This document shows positions 16,978 to 24,033 of a stretch of DNA of 64,000 bases, in pieces; within the stretch, counting starts at the first letter, position 1, and every line of letters begins with the position of its first letter. The stretch is taken from IMG/VR virus record IMGVR_UViG_3300024054_000008, positions 118,740 through 182,739 of that record; one strand, written 5' to 3'. The notes under the pieces are model-generated. The model saw only the letters and a list, made by a program, of their open reading frames with translations, was not told the DNA's origin and did not search any database. The stretch comes from a virus. The translations under genes were made by a program, and so were the position numbers.

Positions 16978-17002
16978 TACGTCGGCCGTTTGGTTGTTTT
17001 CG
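16978..17002 (-). promoter_or_regulatory. ECF-like promoter CGAAAA-N15-CGTA upstream of the ncRNA candidate
   Basis: Motif match. Confidence 0.65.
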
Positions 17003-17042
17003 GTGGACGAGACAGTTTGTCTGACCTGCGACACTTTCATGA

Positions 17043-17285
17043 CTACACTGGCCAACCTACTTCATCGAGAAAATCAGTTTTTTCTTGATTATCTGTCCTC
17101 AGACTTTCTTCAACATCGGCTTCATGTTCGATTGGCAGGTCGAGAAGTTTGAGGCAAACAAAAGCCCTGGCAGCTGCTCTCATGTGGAATTCGTCTGGGT
17201 CACCCTTTGGGCCACCTGTCGCATCAAGAATGAGCAGATTCAACATCTTACCAACATCACGGGCAGTCACATTGTCGTGTTTCAC
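17043..17285 (-). CDS. Hypothetical protein
   Basis: GTG start with AGGAG SD. Confidence 0.6.
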   Translation of the reverse strand: MKHDNVTARDVGKMLNLLILDATGGPKGDPDEFHMRAAARAFVCLKLLDLPIEHEADVEESLRTDNQEKTDFLDEVGWPV

Positions 17286-17307
17286 ACTATGCTCCTATGA
17301 CTGCGCT

Positions 17308-17430
17308 TGGTGGCGCGGCGGGAGTTGAACCCGCCCTGCAAGTTCACCTTTCACGTACTCAGTCGGCGAAAACCTTTCCGATCGAGATTCGCCGCCTTGC
17401 AGCCGAAGCCCCGGACAGAAGATTTTACGC
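17308..17430 (-). ncRNA. Candidate tRNA/tmRNA-like RNA with canonical T-arm and ACCA
   Basis: 3' end GCGGGTTCAACTCCCGCCGCGCCACCA; CTGCAAG/CTTGCAG and CGGCGAA/TTCGCCG helices; no normal anticodon arm. Confidence 0.55.
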
Positions 17431-17613
17431 TCAGGAAGGTTCGACTTCCTCGATACTGAGTGTCTCACCTTTGACCCAAATGACATCTGGCAGGGCCCCT
17501 GTTTGTCCCTTCTCTACCAGACAAATCTCATACGCTACGCAGTCCACTTCACGAATATTCAAATCATCGGGAACGTTGGCTTCAAATTTCACAACTACGC
17601 GAACATGTTTCAT
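17431..17613 (-). CDS. Small hypothetical protein
   Basis: MKHVRVVV start overlaps the upstream stop (ATGA). Confidence 0.6.
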   Translation of the reverse strand: MKHVRVVVKFEANVPDDLNIREVDCVAYEICLVEKGQTGALPDVIWVKGETLSIEEVEPS

Positions 17614-17936
17614 CTCGACCACGATTCTTTGTATGGAAGACCCGTCAACCCGGCCTGGCTGGCAAAATCCGCCAGCTCTTCTGGCGTCAGAACATCGTGA
17701 ATGTTCCACGTCATTTGGATGTTACCTTGGTTCTTGATGATTTCACGAACTGCATTACCAATTGCCCAATGAGCATTTGGCCATCCTCGCCCCCATGTAT
17801 CCGGATACTCTTGCATAATGCCAAGCGTCCGGTCGAGAACAGCCTTTTGACCAACGAGCCTGACCGCCTCATCCCAATACTTTAGACCACATCGACGGTC
17901 AACTAGCATGCGTTCACGAGTCATCTTTGCCATCAT
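17610..17936 (-). CDS. Hypothetical protein
   Basis: Coupled ORF in - strand operon. Confidence 0.6.
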   Translation of the reverse strand: MMAKMTRERMLVDRRCGLKYWDEAVRLVGQKAVLDRTLGIMQEYPDTWGRGWPNAHWAIGNAVREIIKNQGNIQMTWNIHDVLTPEELADFASQAGLTGLPYKESWSR

Positions 17937-18148
17937 TCACCTGAGCATTTTGAATTGCACTCCATCCCGCAATACCGGTGCCAATCAGTTTCGCAAGTTT
18001 CCTTCACGCAAGTGTCGAAACACTCAGCTTCGAGCTGTTCCTGCGTCTTGGGTGGTGGCGTATATTCCCAAAATATGGCAACAGGTTTGGGCGCTGGCTG
18101 CCTAGCGCAACCAACGCCCAAAACTGCTGCGAAGAGAAGACGCTTCAT
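17933..18148 (-). CDS. Cys-rich lipoprotein
   Basis: MKRLLFAAVLGVGC lipobox-like; six further Cys. Confidence 0.7.
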   Translation of the reverse strand: MKRLLFAAVLGVGCARQPAPKPVAIFWEYTPPPKTQEQLEAECFDTCVKETCETDWHRYCGMECNSKCSGE

Positions 18149-18399
18149 CGGTTCGTCAACAGGTCGTGCAGAGCCTCGCCTGCCGCTACGCGCTTCTCAG
18201 CTTCAGTTACGAAGCTTGAGCATTTCCCAGGTTGACCCGGATACGGGTCGGTTTTGAACCGACCCTTCCGGTCGCGCTTGCTCACTTCAGCATCCCATTT
18301 GCAACGGTCGTCGGCAGACTCGATCTCTGCACGACAACCGTAACAGCAACCAGTGCCGCTGTGGTGGGAAGCTTCGTTGTGTCCGCAAGCGCAGATCAC
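18145..18399 (-). CDS. Cys-rich hypothetical protein
   Basis: CACGH..HH..CCYGC; coupled. Confidence 0.6.
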   Translation of the reverse strand: MICACGHNEASHHSGTGCCYGCRAEIESADDRCKWDAEVSKRDRKGRFKTDPYPGQPGKCSSFVTEAEKRVAAGEALHDLLTNR

Positions 18400-18578
18400 T
18401 TTTCACCAAGCGCAGCGCATTCCTGGCCCGGTCTCGTTGAGTTGACTGCGATAGCAGTCCACGAGCGTTCCAGCGGGCTCACCCCACGGCGAGCCCCTAG
18501 TGAGACGGACGGTAACGTGGTCGTTTTGCGGGTCGTTTGCGAAATACGCGACCCTGACCACAATGCCGTCGTACACTT

Positions 18579-18776
18579 TCACGCGCCTTCCTTCGGCTTC
18601 GGCTCGTTGACGGTGAACTTGACGTACACCGGGGCTTCCGTCTCTCCCTCGGACGGGACGTTGACGATGCAGACGAGCTGGAAGAGACCGAGGCGGATCG
18701 AGAACGTGATGATCTCGGCTCCGACCTTGTTCTCCTTCAGGCGACCGGTGACGACGATCTGGGGGTCGATGTTCAT
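18579..18776 (-). CDS. Small beta-rich protein, paralog of 35583..35882
   Basis: DPQI..T..LK.NK.G.E..TF.IRLG.FQLVCI.N.P.EG..EAPVYVKF shared. Confidence 0.85.
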   Translation of the reverse strand: MNIDPQIVVTGRLKENKVGAEIITFSIRLGLFQLVCIVNVPSEGETEAPVYVKFTVNEPKPKEGA

Positions 18777-18833
18777 GACAGTTGTTCCTTCTCTCAGTTT
18801 GGGTTCAAGTGGGCTGAATCGCCCACCAATCTG

Positions 18834-18858
18834 TACGCTGGCCGACGGCGACTTTCCG
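18834..18858 (-). promoter_or_regulatory. ECF-like promoter CGGAAA-N15-CGTA
   Basis: Motif match. Confidence 0.65.
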
Positions 18859-18892
18859 GTTGTTGGATGCGGCTGTCAGACCTATGACCTCC

Positions 18893-19144
18893 TTACTCGG
18901 CCTGCTCTTTCAGAAGCTCCTTGCCGTGACGACGAATGGCCCTGGAAGTCTGGCGCTTGGCCCACTTCTTGGCGGTCCAGGTCGTGGAGTAAGTGTCGAG
19001 ATGACCGTCTCGGAAGACGTAGCAAACCTCCGAGGTGTAGCGACCACGGCTCCAAGAGGTGAGGTATTCGTCAACCCACTCTTTGGTGTCAGAGGTCACC
19101 GTCGAAACCTTGAGAAAAGGGGTGGAACGGACAGTGCGGCTCAT
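18893..19144 (-). CDS. Small basic hypothetical protein
   Basis: Behind promoter 19154-19178; C-terminal AKRQTSRAIRRHGK. Confidence 0.65.
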   Translation of the reverse strand: MSRTVRSTPFLKVSTVTSDTKEWVDEYLTSWSRGRYTSEVCYVFRDGHLDTYSTTWTAKKWAKRQTSRAIRRHGKELLKEQAE

Positions 19145-19153
19145 GTGGCTGAG

Positions 19154-19238
19154 TACTCCGGACGCAGCGCGGCTTCCGTTAATTAGATCATATTCAAAAA
19201 TTCTTACATTGACCGGAGCTGACAGCGCGGCGCACGTA
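19154..19238. promoter_or_regulatory. Divergent ECF-like promoter pair (- CGGAAG-N15-AGTA 19154-19178; + CGGAGC-N15-CGTA 19214-19238)
   Basis: Two motif matches around an AT-rich spacer. Confidence 0.7.
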
Positions 19239-19257
19239 CCGAGTGTGGAGGTTGCGC

Positions 19258-19464
19258 ATGATCACGTTGAGTTTCTCCACTCTTGCCCGCACGTCGCAGC
19301 AGCACCGCATCGTCTACCAGATCGTCAGCGGTCGAAGCCAGCCGCTGAACGTTGGCGCCGACGTTCTTGCCAAGCCGCACCACGGCAAGTTCGAGGTTCT
19401 GGAAGTGGAGCCTCTGACGCTTGCGGGGCAGCTCTTCTTGAGCTTGCTCAAGGCCGGCGGATGA
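19258..19464 (+). CDS. Small hypothetical protein
   Basis: ATG with GGAGGT SD. Confidence 0.7.
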   Translation: MITLSFSTLARTSQQHRIVYQIVSGRSQPLNVGADVLAKPHHGKFEVLEVEPLTLAGQLFLSLLKAGG

Positions 19465-19640
19465 CAGTCTTCAAAGAAACCGACCCGTTGCTCCCAACGG
19501 AAACGCTCTCGTTCGAGAAGTACGTGAAGTTCGTGCATCGGCTGGAGTACCAGCGCGAGTTCTTCAAAAATGCGAAACTCAAAGCGGAAACACGAGCGCG
19601 AAAGAACCAGGCTCGAACGGCGTCGAGAAGCCGAGCATAA
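19461..19640 (+). CDS. Small basic hypothetical protein
   Basis: MTVFKETDP start overlaps upstream stop. Confidence 0.55.
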   Translation: MTVFKETDPLLPTETLSFEKYVKFVHRLEYQREFFKNAKLKAETRARKNQARTASRSRA

Positions 19641-19665
19641 GCTCGAAGCCAAGACACACGACCGA

Positions 19666-19845
19666 ATGGAAATCATACATTTCAAAGGTTGTGTTTACCG
19701 GGTGTTCCGGTTCACGGACGGCACGTTCGGTTTCAAGCGAGCCGGTCGTTGGCTGTGGTACACGAACAGCACGACCGCAGCACTCCGTTCAAAAGCTAAG
19801 AAGCATTTCGACAACGACGACATCAGAGAACTTTTGGACGCATGA
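19666..19845 (+). CDS. Small hypothetical protein
   Basis: MEIIHFKG start; + strand run. Confidence 0.5.
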   Translation: MEIIHFKGCVYRVFRFTDGTFGFKRAGRWLWYTNSTTAALRSKAKKHFDNDDIRELLDA

Positions 19846-19854
19846 TCCGCCGAC

Positions 19855-19879
19855 CGGAAACCGAACAGCGGCGTACGTA
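19855..19879 (+). promoter_or_regulatory. ECF-like promoter CGGAAA-N15-CGTA
   Basis: Motif match followed by AGGAG. Confidence 0.6.
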
Positions 19880-19991
19880 CAGGAGACAACAGCGGGCCCG
19901 ACCCCCGACCGAAGTAGGAGGCAGCAACGTGAAAAACAAAAGCTTGGGTGAAGACGTGCGGGTTGCGCCCGCGAGATAGCAACGGCACGCA

Positions 19992-20021
19992 GGCCCCCGT
20001 ATCCCCCTTGGATACGGGGGC
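19992..20021 (+). terminator. Hairpin
   Basis: gcccccgtatcc...ggatacgggggc. Confidence 0.65.
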
Positions 20022-20042
20022 TCATGCGTATCTACCACCAAA

Positions 20043-20067
20043 CGGAGGCGTGTGACGGGTTGTCGTA
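20043..20067 (+). promoter_or_regulatory. ECF-like promoter CGGAGG-N15-CGTA
   Basis: Motif match followed by GGAGGT. Confidence 0.7.
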
Positions 20068-20087
20068 TCCTGGCCCGGAGGTGCGCG

Positions 20088-20402
20088 ATGGTTTTCCCTG
20101 AGTATTCTTCGATCGAGTCCTTTGTGGAGTTCTGCTTGGACGACGACGTCACCGAGTTCTCGCATGAAGATTTGGTAGAACTCAACCGATATCTCCACAT
20201 CCCTATTCACAAATTGAGGGAGATGCTCGAAACCTACGGCATGAGCTTGAAAGAACGACAGGTGCCTCGACAGGTTCGTGGCTTTAGAACAAGTTCACAT
20301 GACCGCTGGTTCGGACCAGGGTCTTGCAAGACCCACGGCGGGTCGGCATTTGGCCAAATGATGGTCTCAAAATACGGATCAAAAGACACGCCGTTTGGCT
20401 GA
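20088..20402 (+). CDS. Conserved phage-type hypothetical protein
   Basis: ATG with SD; EYSSIESFVEFC...VRGFRTSSHDRWFGPG. Confidence 0.75.
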   Translation: MVFPEYSSIESFVEFCLDDDVTEFSHEDLVELNRYLHIPIHKLREMLETYGMSLKERQVPRQVRGFRTSSHDRWFGPGSCKTHGGSAFGQMMVSKYGSKDTPFG

Positions 20403-20458
20403 TCTTTGCTAGACCGGAACTGGGCGTTTGTGACCTCCAGATTTCCGAATTGTTCAGA

Positions 20459-21136
20459 TTACAACTCACCCAATTGACGGACGAGCTGTTCTTTCAAGAG
20501 CTTCTTTTTAAATCCGGGTCGCTTCTTCTCTAGCATTGGAAGAAGTTCGTTGCGAACCCAAACCCGTAGGTATTTTGGATCACTATTGGATGGGTCTGTG
20601 GCATATGGCACAGACCATCGCTTCAGATATCGCATGATTTCTTCACGCGTGACATTGAGCAAAGGCCGGAAAACCGGAATTTCGTTCACCGGTGTGTGAA
20701 GCCGTCTAATTGTTTTCAGATTTCCTTCTCGGATAAGCCCGATGAGAAGATTCTCTGCCTTGTCATCTTCAGTGTGCGCGGTAACAATTACCGCGTGAGA
20801 AAGGCCTCGGGCCGCGGTTCTCAACGCTTCGTAACGGGCCTCACGCGCACGTGCCTGCAAGTTCGGACCTTTGGCAACTTTGATTTTCACGCGACGGAAC
20901 GGAACACCAATTGACTTGGCCAAGTTCTCGGCCAAGTCAAGCTCCTCGTTAGCTTCAGGTCGCAAACCATGATTGACACCAACGGCAATACATCTAGATG
21001 GTCCAACAATATGTGGTATAGATTTGAGCAAACACTGAGAATCAGGACCGCCACTAACCGCAAGCACGAAAGTCTGGTGCTTTAGTTCCCAAGGCAATGC
21101 TAGAAGCGCATCTTTGATTTTGTTATTGATGCTCAT
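20459..21136 (-). CDS. tilS: tRNA(Ile)-lysidine synthase, catalytic domain only
   Basis: PP-loop AVSGGPDS; VNHGLR; AREARY; TAHTEDD; RPLL; DPSN; RVWVRN. Confidence 0.9.
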   Translation of the reverse strand: MSINNKIKDALLALPWELKHQTFVLAVSGGPDSQCLLKSIPHIVGPSRCIAVGVNHGLRPEANEELDLAENLAKSIGVPFRRVKIKVAKGPNLQARAREARYEALRTAARGLSHAVIVTAHTEDDKAENLLIGLIREGNLKTIRRLHTPVNEIPVFRPLLNVTREEIMRYLKRWSVPYATDPSNSDPKYLRVWVRNELLPMLEKKRPGFKKKLLKEQLVRQLGEL

Positions 21137-21138
21137 TA

Positions 21139-21561
21139 TCAGTCCACAATGAGACTCCAAGCGATGACCTGTTCGTCATCTGGAGTCGTCACAACTTCGA
21201 TCCTGAAGTTGTCGCCAAATTCGTTGTTTGGAACGAACCTACGCAACCAACATCTTTCGGCTTGTTTGGTATCTGACGCAGTTTTCTTGAGCAAATCATC
21301 GTCGCACCAACCGGCAACGTCAGTGAGCCAGCCAAACTCAACCGGTTGGTTATTCTTGTAATCGTACTTTGTACAAAGAAGACCTGGCCATTCTTCCTTG
21401 AGGCGCTCTTTGCTTTCACGCTTCCACTGTTTGGTGTCACACCAATCATCCCAATGAATGACTGTGTTTTCGACGAACGCGCTGTTCAAATAGTTTTTGA
21501 TTTCGGGCGTGTTGATCCACCCAGCCATCAACTCACGAAGTTTCTCAGTCGAGAGTTTCAT
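21139..21561 (-). CDS. Trp-rich hypothetical protein
   Basis: Coupled ORF. Confidence 0.7.
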   Translation of the reverse strand: MKLSTEKLRELMAGWINTPEIKNYLNSAFVENTVIHWDDWCDTKQWKRESKERLKEEWPGLLCTKYDYKNNQPVEFGWLTDVAGWCDDDLLKKTASDTKQAERCWLRRFVPNNEFGDNFRIEVVTTPDDEQVIAWSLIVD

Positions 21562-21827
21562 TTGAGCGCATCCTCTATTGCTTGGAGAAGTTCGAACGCC
21601 GGTTTTGCCTTGGATTCTGTTTCGAACCCGTCTGGGAGATTGAAATCGATTTCGTTGTCATCACCAGAGACGTCAATTGTGACGCCGCGATTGTTTTCGA
21701 AATCTTCGATGACAGATTCGGTCTTTTCAAGCACCTCATCGTACGACAAATTATAATTGAAATCCGAAGTCAACGTTCTTCGAACATCATTTTCATCGTC
21801 ATTGAGATAGGTCACGATGAGTTTCAT
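21558..21827 (-). CDS. Acidic hypothetical protein
   Basis: AGAGGA SD; behind promoter 21838-21862. Confidence 0.7.
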   Translation of the reverse strand: MKLIVTYLNDDENDVRRTLTSDFNYNLSYDEVLEKTESVIEDFENNRGVTIDVSGDDNEIDFNLPDGFETESKAKPAFELLQAIEDALK

Positions 21828-21837
21828 GTTTCCTCTG

Positions 21838-21862
21838 TACGTTCAGGATTCCAGGACTTCCT
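21838..21862 (-). promoter_or_regulatory. ECF-like promoter AGGAAG-N15-CGTA embedded in the QEVLES-stop of the upstream gene
   Basis: Motif match overlapping the 3' end of 21843..22106. Confidence 0.55.
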
Positions 21863-22106
21863 GCGTGTAGTCTTCACTGTGATCATTGTAACAAAGTTTG
21901 TATTCGAAAACGGGCGGAAAGTCGTGGATTGGGCCGCCGTCTGAGACGTCGACCATCTCATAAACTCGATCTGGAAACTCTTTGTCAGTCACCAGAGTTT
22001 CGTATGGTACTCGATCTACCCTGAGACCGAGTTTCTCCATCAAGTCCCAAACTTTCTGGAGCTTCACCATCGTTGGATGGTTGTCTCTCAACCGCATACG
22101 CTTCAT
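21843..22106 (-). CDS. Hypothetical protein, C-terminal tag (TQEVLES)
   Basis: ORF with signature. Confidence 0.7.
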   Translation of the reverse strand: MKRMRLRDNHPTMVKLQKVWDLMEKLGLRVDRVPYETLVTDKEFPDRVYEMVDVSDGGPIHDFPPVFEYKLCYNDHSEDYTQEVLES

Positions 22107-22438
22107 TGGTCTCCATCCAGTTTGGAGATTTTCACGAACTTGGTGTTCTTTGCAAAGTCAGCTATCGCCGTCCAGGGTTTTTTAAATGGCCGAGTTGCAA
22201 CGCGGTCCGGCTTGCCACTTTGTGCGAGATTGGAAAACGACGAGTAAACCCTTGGGTAACATTCGGAACAAATGCCCAAAACGCTCCCATTTTTAAAACA
22301 TTTCAGTTTTCCATCAAGAAACAACACGTAAACTGAATCGTCCAAACGGTGGCCCTGGTTTGCCCGGACGTTGGTTGTCATGCACGGGCAGAGAAGTACG
22401 ACTTGACCGTATTTGGCCACAAACTCATTGAGATTCAT
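22103..22438 (-). CDS. Hypothetical protein, EFxxK(Y/F)G family
   Basis: MNLNEFVAKYGQVVLLC; paralog of 22655..22990. Confidence 0.75.
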   Translation of the reverse strand: MNLNEFVAKYGQVVLLCPCMTTNVRANQGHRLDDSVYVLFLDGKLKCFKNGSVLGICSECYPRVYSSFSNLAQSGKPDRVATRPFKKPWTAIADFAKNTKFVKISKLDGDQ

Positions 22439-22605
22439 GTGTGTGCCCCATCAGTTCTGAGCGCTTCTTTCTCTTCGAGACGCTTGGCTCTCCGGTTCAG
22501 GTACTTCTTGATGCGCCGTGTGACTTTGCTCGGCCCGTGGGGAAAGAGACGGCTGGACACGGTCCCACCATCCTCGAAATTGGCAATCTTCTTGTAATTG
22601 CTCAT
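22435..22605 (-). CDS. Small basic protein (56 aa, not in ORF track)
   Basis: MSNYKKIANF...RRIKKYLNRRAKRLEEK; AGGTGG SD; promoter 22624-22648. Confidence 0.65.
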   Translation of the reverse strand: MSNYKKIANFEDGGTVSSRLFPHGPSKVTRRIKKYLNRRAKRLEEKEALRTDGAHT

Positions 22606-22623
22606 GTATCCACCTATGTTCAG

Positions 22624-22648
22624 TACGTCCGGAGCGGGCCGAGCTTCG
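22624..22648 (-). promoter_or_regulatory. ECF-like promoter CGAAGC-N15-CGTA
   Basis: Motif match. Confidence 0.65.
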
Positions 22649-22654
22649 TTTTAT

Positions 22655-22990
22655 CTAAGATGCAAAAATTGACAACGTCTTCAAAAAATCTTCAGTCAGA
22701 TCGCAAATTGGAACAAACATCGTGTCACGTGAATATTCATGTACGACTAGTTTATTGCGTGCTGCTACTCTGTCAACTGCTACTCTGTCAAATAGCGACT
22801 TCATTTTTGGCATACACAGAAGACAAACAGCTTTCACGCAACCATCTTTAGTCAATTGGATTTCACCCTTTGATGTGTGAACGAGAATGAAAATATCGTT
22901 GTTAATCTCATGATGTGAAATCACGAGTTGTGTTTTAGAACACACCAATTCGACTTTTCCGAACTTGGCCTCGAATTCATTAAGTTTCAT
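22655..22990 (-). CDS. Hypothetical protein, EFxxK(Y/F)G family, near-match tag (TLSIFAS)
   Basis: MKLNEFEAKFG...TMFVPICDLTEDFLKT. Confidence 0.75.
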   Translation of the reverse strand: MKLNEFEAKFGKVELVCSKTQLVISHHEINNDIFILVHTSKGEIQLTKDGCVKAVCLLCMPKMKSLFDRVAVDRVAARNKLVVHEYSRDTMFVPICDLTEDFLKTLSIFAS

Positions 22991-23196
22991 GCTTCGAGCA
23001 TCTCCGAAACATCATTTAGTTTATTGGCTTCGCAGCAGGCCTCCAAGTAAGTGTACAGAGAACCAACCACGTACTCGCTGGATGTAAGAAGATGACCTTC
23101 GATGACTGGTCTGTGATGACCAGATCGGTCAACGACCACGTACCAGCACTTCTTTGGTATGTAGGGCTTTGTCCTAATAGGAACGTTTCCTATCAT
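22987..23196 (-). CDS. Small hypothetical protein, near-match tag (VSEMLEA)
   Basis: Start moved to MIGNVP because the longer ORF overlaps a tRNA. Confidence 0.6.
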   Translation of the reverse strand: MIGNVPIRTKPYIPKKCWYVVVDRSGHHRPVIEGHLLTSSEYVVGSLYTYLEACCEANKLNDVSEMLEA

Positions 23197-23211
23197 TCTT
23201 GCACAACATTG

Positions 23212-23295
23212 TGGGCCAGGTGGGACTCGAACCCACAAACCCGAGGGTGGTAGTTTATGAGACTACTGCGTTTGAACCTGTTCCGCCACTGGCCC
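23212..23295 (-). tRNA. tRNA with CAU anticodon on a class II (long variable arm, Leu-like) body; Ile2/Met/Leu identity unresolved
   Basis: GGGCCAGTGGCGGAACAGGTTCAAACGCAGTAGTCTCATAAACTACCACCCTCGGGTTTGTGGGTTCGAGTCCCACCTGGCCCA. Confidence 0.85.
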
Positions 23296-23324
23296 ATTAG
23301 ACTATACAGTTAACACGCTATGGT

Positions 23325-23624
23325 TTACGCATTCAGCACTTGATTTGCTTTGAACTCCGCCCAAGTCACTTCCTTGACTTTCTGGTCGAAAATCAAGAAG
23401 ACTCTGTCGCTCGTGACACTTGGTGAGTCTAAAACTTTTCCAGTAATGAATTCAACGCCAGGTTTAAGCCATGAAGCGTCGTAAACTTTCTGAGCCGTTT
23501 CTTCTGAAATCTCAGCGACTTTGTACCAACGCCAAATCGACCCAGGCAGATGATCTTTTTTAAGATTTAAGACGATGTGAAAGCTTACCTTTGGTTTCGG
23601 TTGTGTCACTCGCGCCTCTGGCAA
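23325..23624 (-). CDS. Hypothetical protein, C-terminal tag (ANQVLNA)
   Basis: ORF between tRNAs; signature. Confidence 0.65.
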   Translation of the reverse strand: MPEARVTQPKPKVSFHIVLNLKKDHLPGSIWRWYKVAEISEETAQKVYDASWLKPGVEFITGKVLDSPSVTSDRVFLIFDQKVKEVTWAEFKANQVLNA

Positions 23625-23667
23625 TGGTACGTCGGGCCGGGCTCGGTTTGCGTTTGTCGGAAATTTG

Positions 23668-23738
23668 TTGGGGCACTAGGATTCGAACCTAGATTCGAGG
23701 CTCCAAAGGCCTCTGTTCTGCCATTGAACTATGCCCCA
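23668..23738 (-). tRNA. tRNA-Gln(UUG)
   Basis: TGGGGCA/TGCCCCA acceptor; GAGGC-CTTTGGA-GCCTC; GGTTCGAATCC. Confidence 0.95.
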
Positions 23739-23743
23739 AATTG

Positions 23744-23818
23744 TCGGAGTGGAGGGATTTGAACCCACGGTCCTCTCGGACCCAAACCGAGCGCTCTGCC
23801 AGACTGAGCTACACTCCG
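23744..23818 (-). tRNA. tRNA-Pro(UGG)
   Basis: CGGAGTG acceptor; CTCGG-TTTGGGT-CCGAG. Confidence 0.95.
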
Positions 23819-23822
23819 ATAG

Positions 23823-23894
23823 AGCCCTATAGCGGACTTGCGCCGCTCTCTGAGGTTTACAAAACCACTGCATCGCTATCTATGCTTATAGGGC
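23823..23894 (-). tRNA. tRNA-Thr(UGU) with non-canonical T-loop
   Basis: GCCCTAT/ATAGGGC acceptor; loop TTTGTAA; T-arm AGCGG-CGCAAGT-CCGCT. Confidence 0.8.
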
Positions 23895-23898
23895 TTAG

Positions 23899-23971
23899 CA
23901 CCCCCAGAGAGATTCGAACTCCCGACCAAAAGGTTAGAAACCTTCTGCTCTTTCCACTGAGCTATGGGGGC
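23899..23971 (-). tRNA. tRNA-Arg(UCU)
   Basis: GCCCCCA acceptor; GAAGG-TTTCTAA-CCTTT. Confidence 0.95.
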
Positions 23972-24033
23972 AAACTGAAGCGGGCGCCACCCGCGTGCTG
24001 TAGTCGACACACCTCCTTTCAGTTCATTAGAGT

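Noticed and set aside
17345-17365. Hammerhead ribozyme core (CTGAGTA...GAAA on the minus strand)
   Set aside because: Does not match CUGANGA, and the three required stems could not be built.
17308-17430. Bona fide tmRNA (ssrA)
   Set aside because: Too short, with no G3-U70 pair, no tag reading frame and no clear 5' acceptor strand; reported only as tmRNA-like.
20026-20050. Extra promoter at GCGTATC (about 20026)
   Set aside because: No matching -35 hexamer 15 nt upstream; the real match is 20043-20067.
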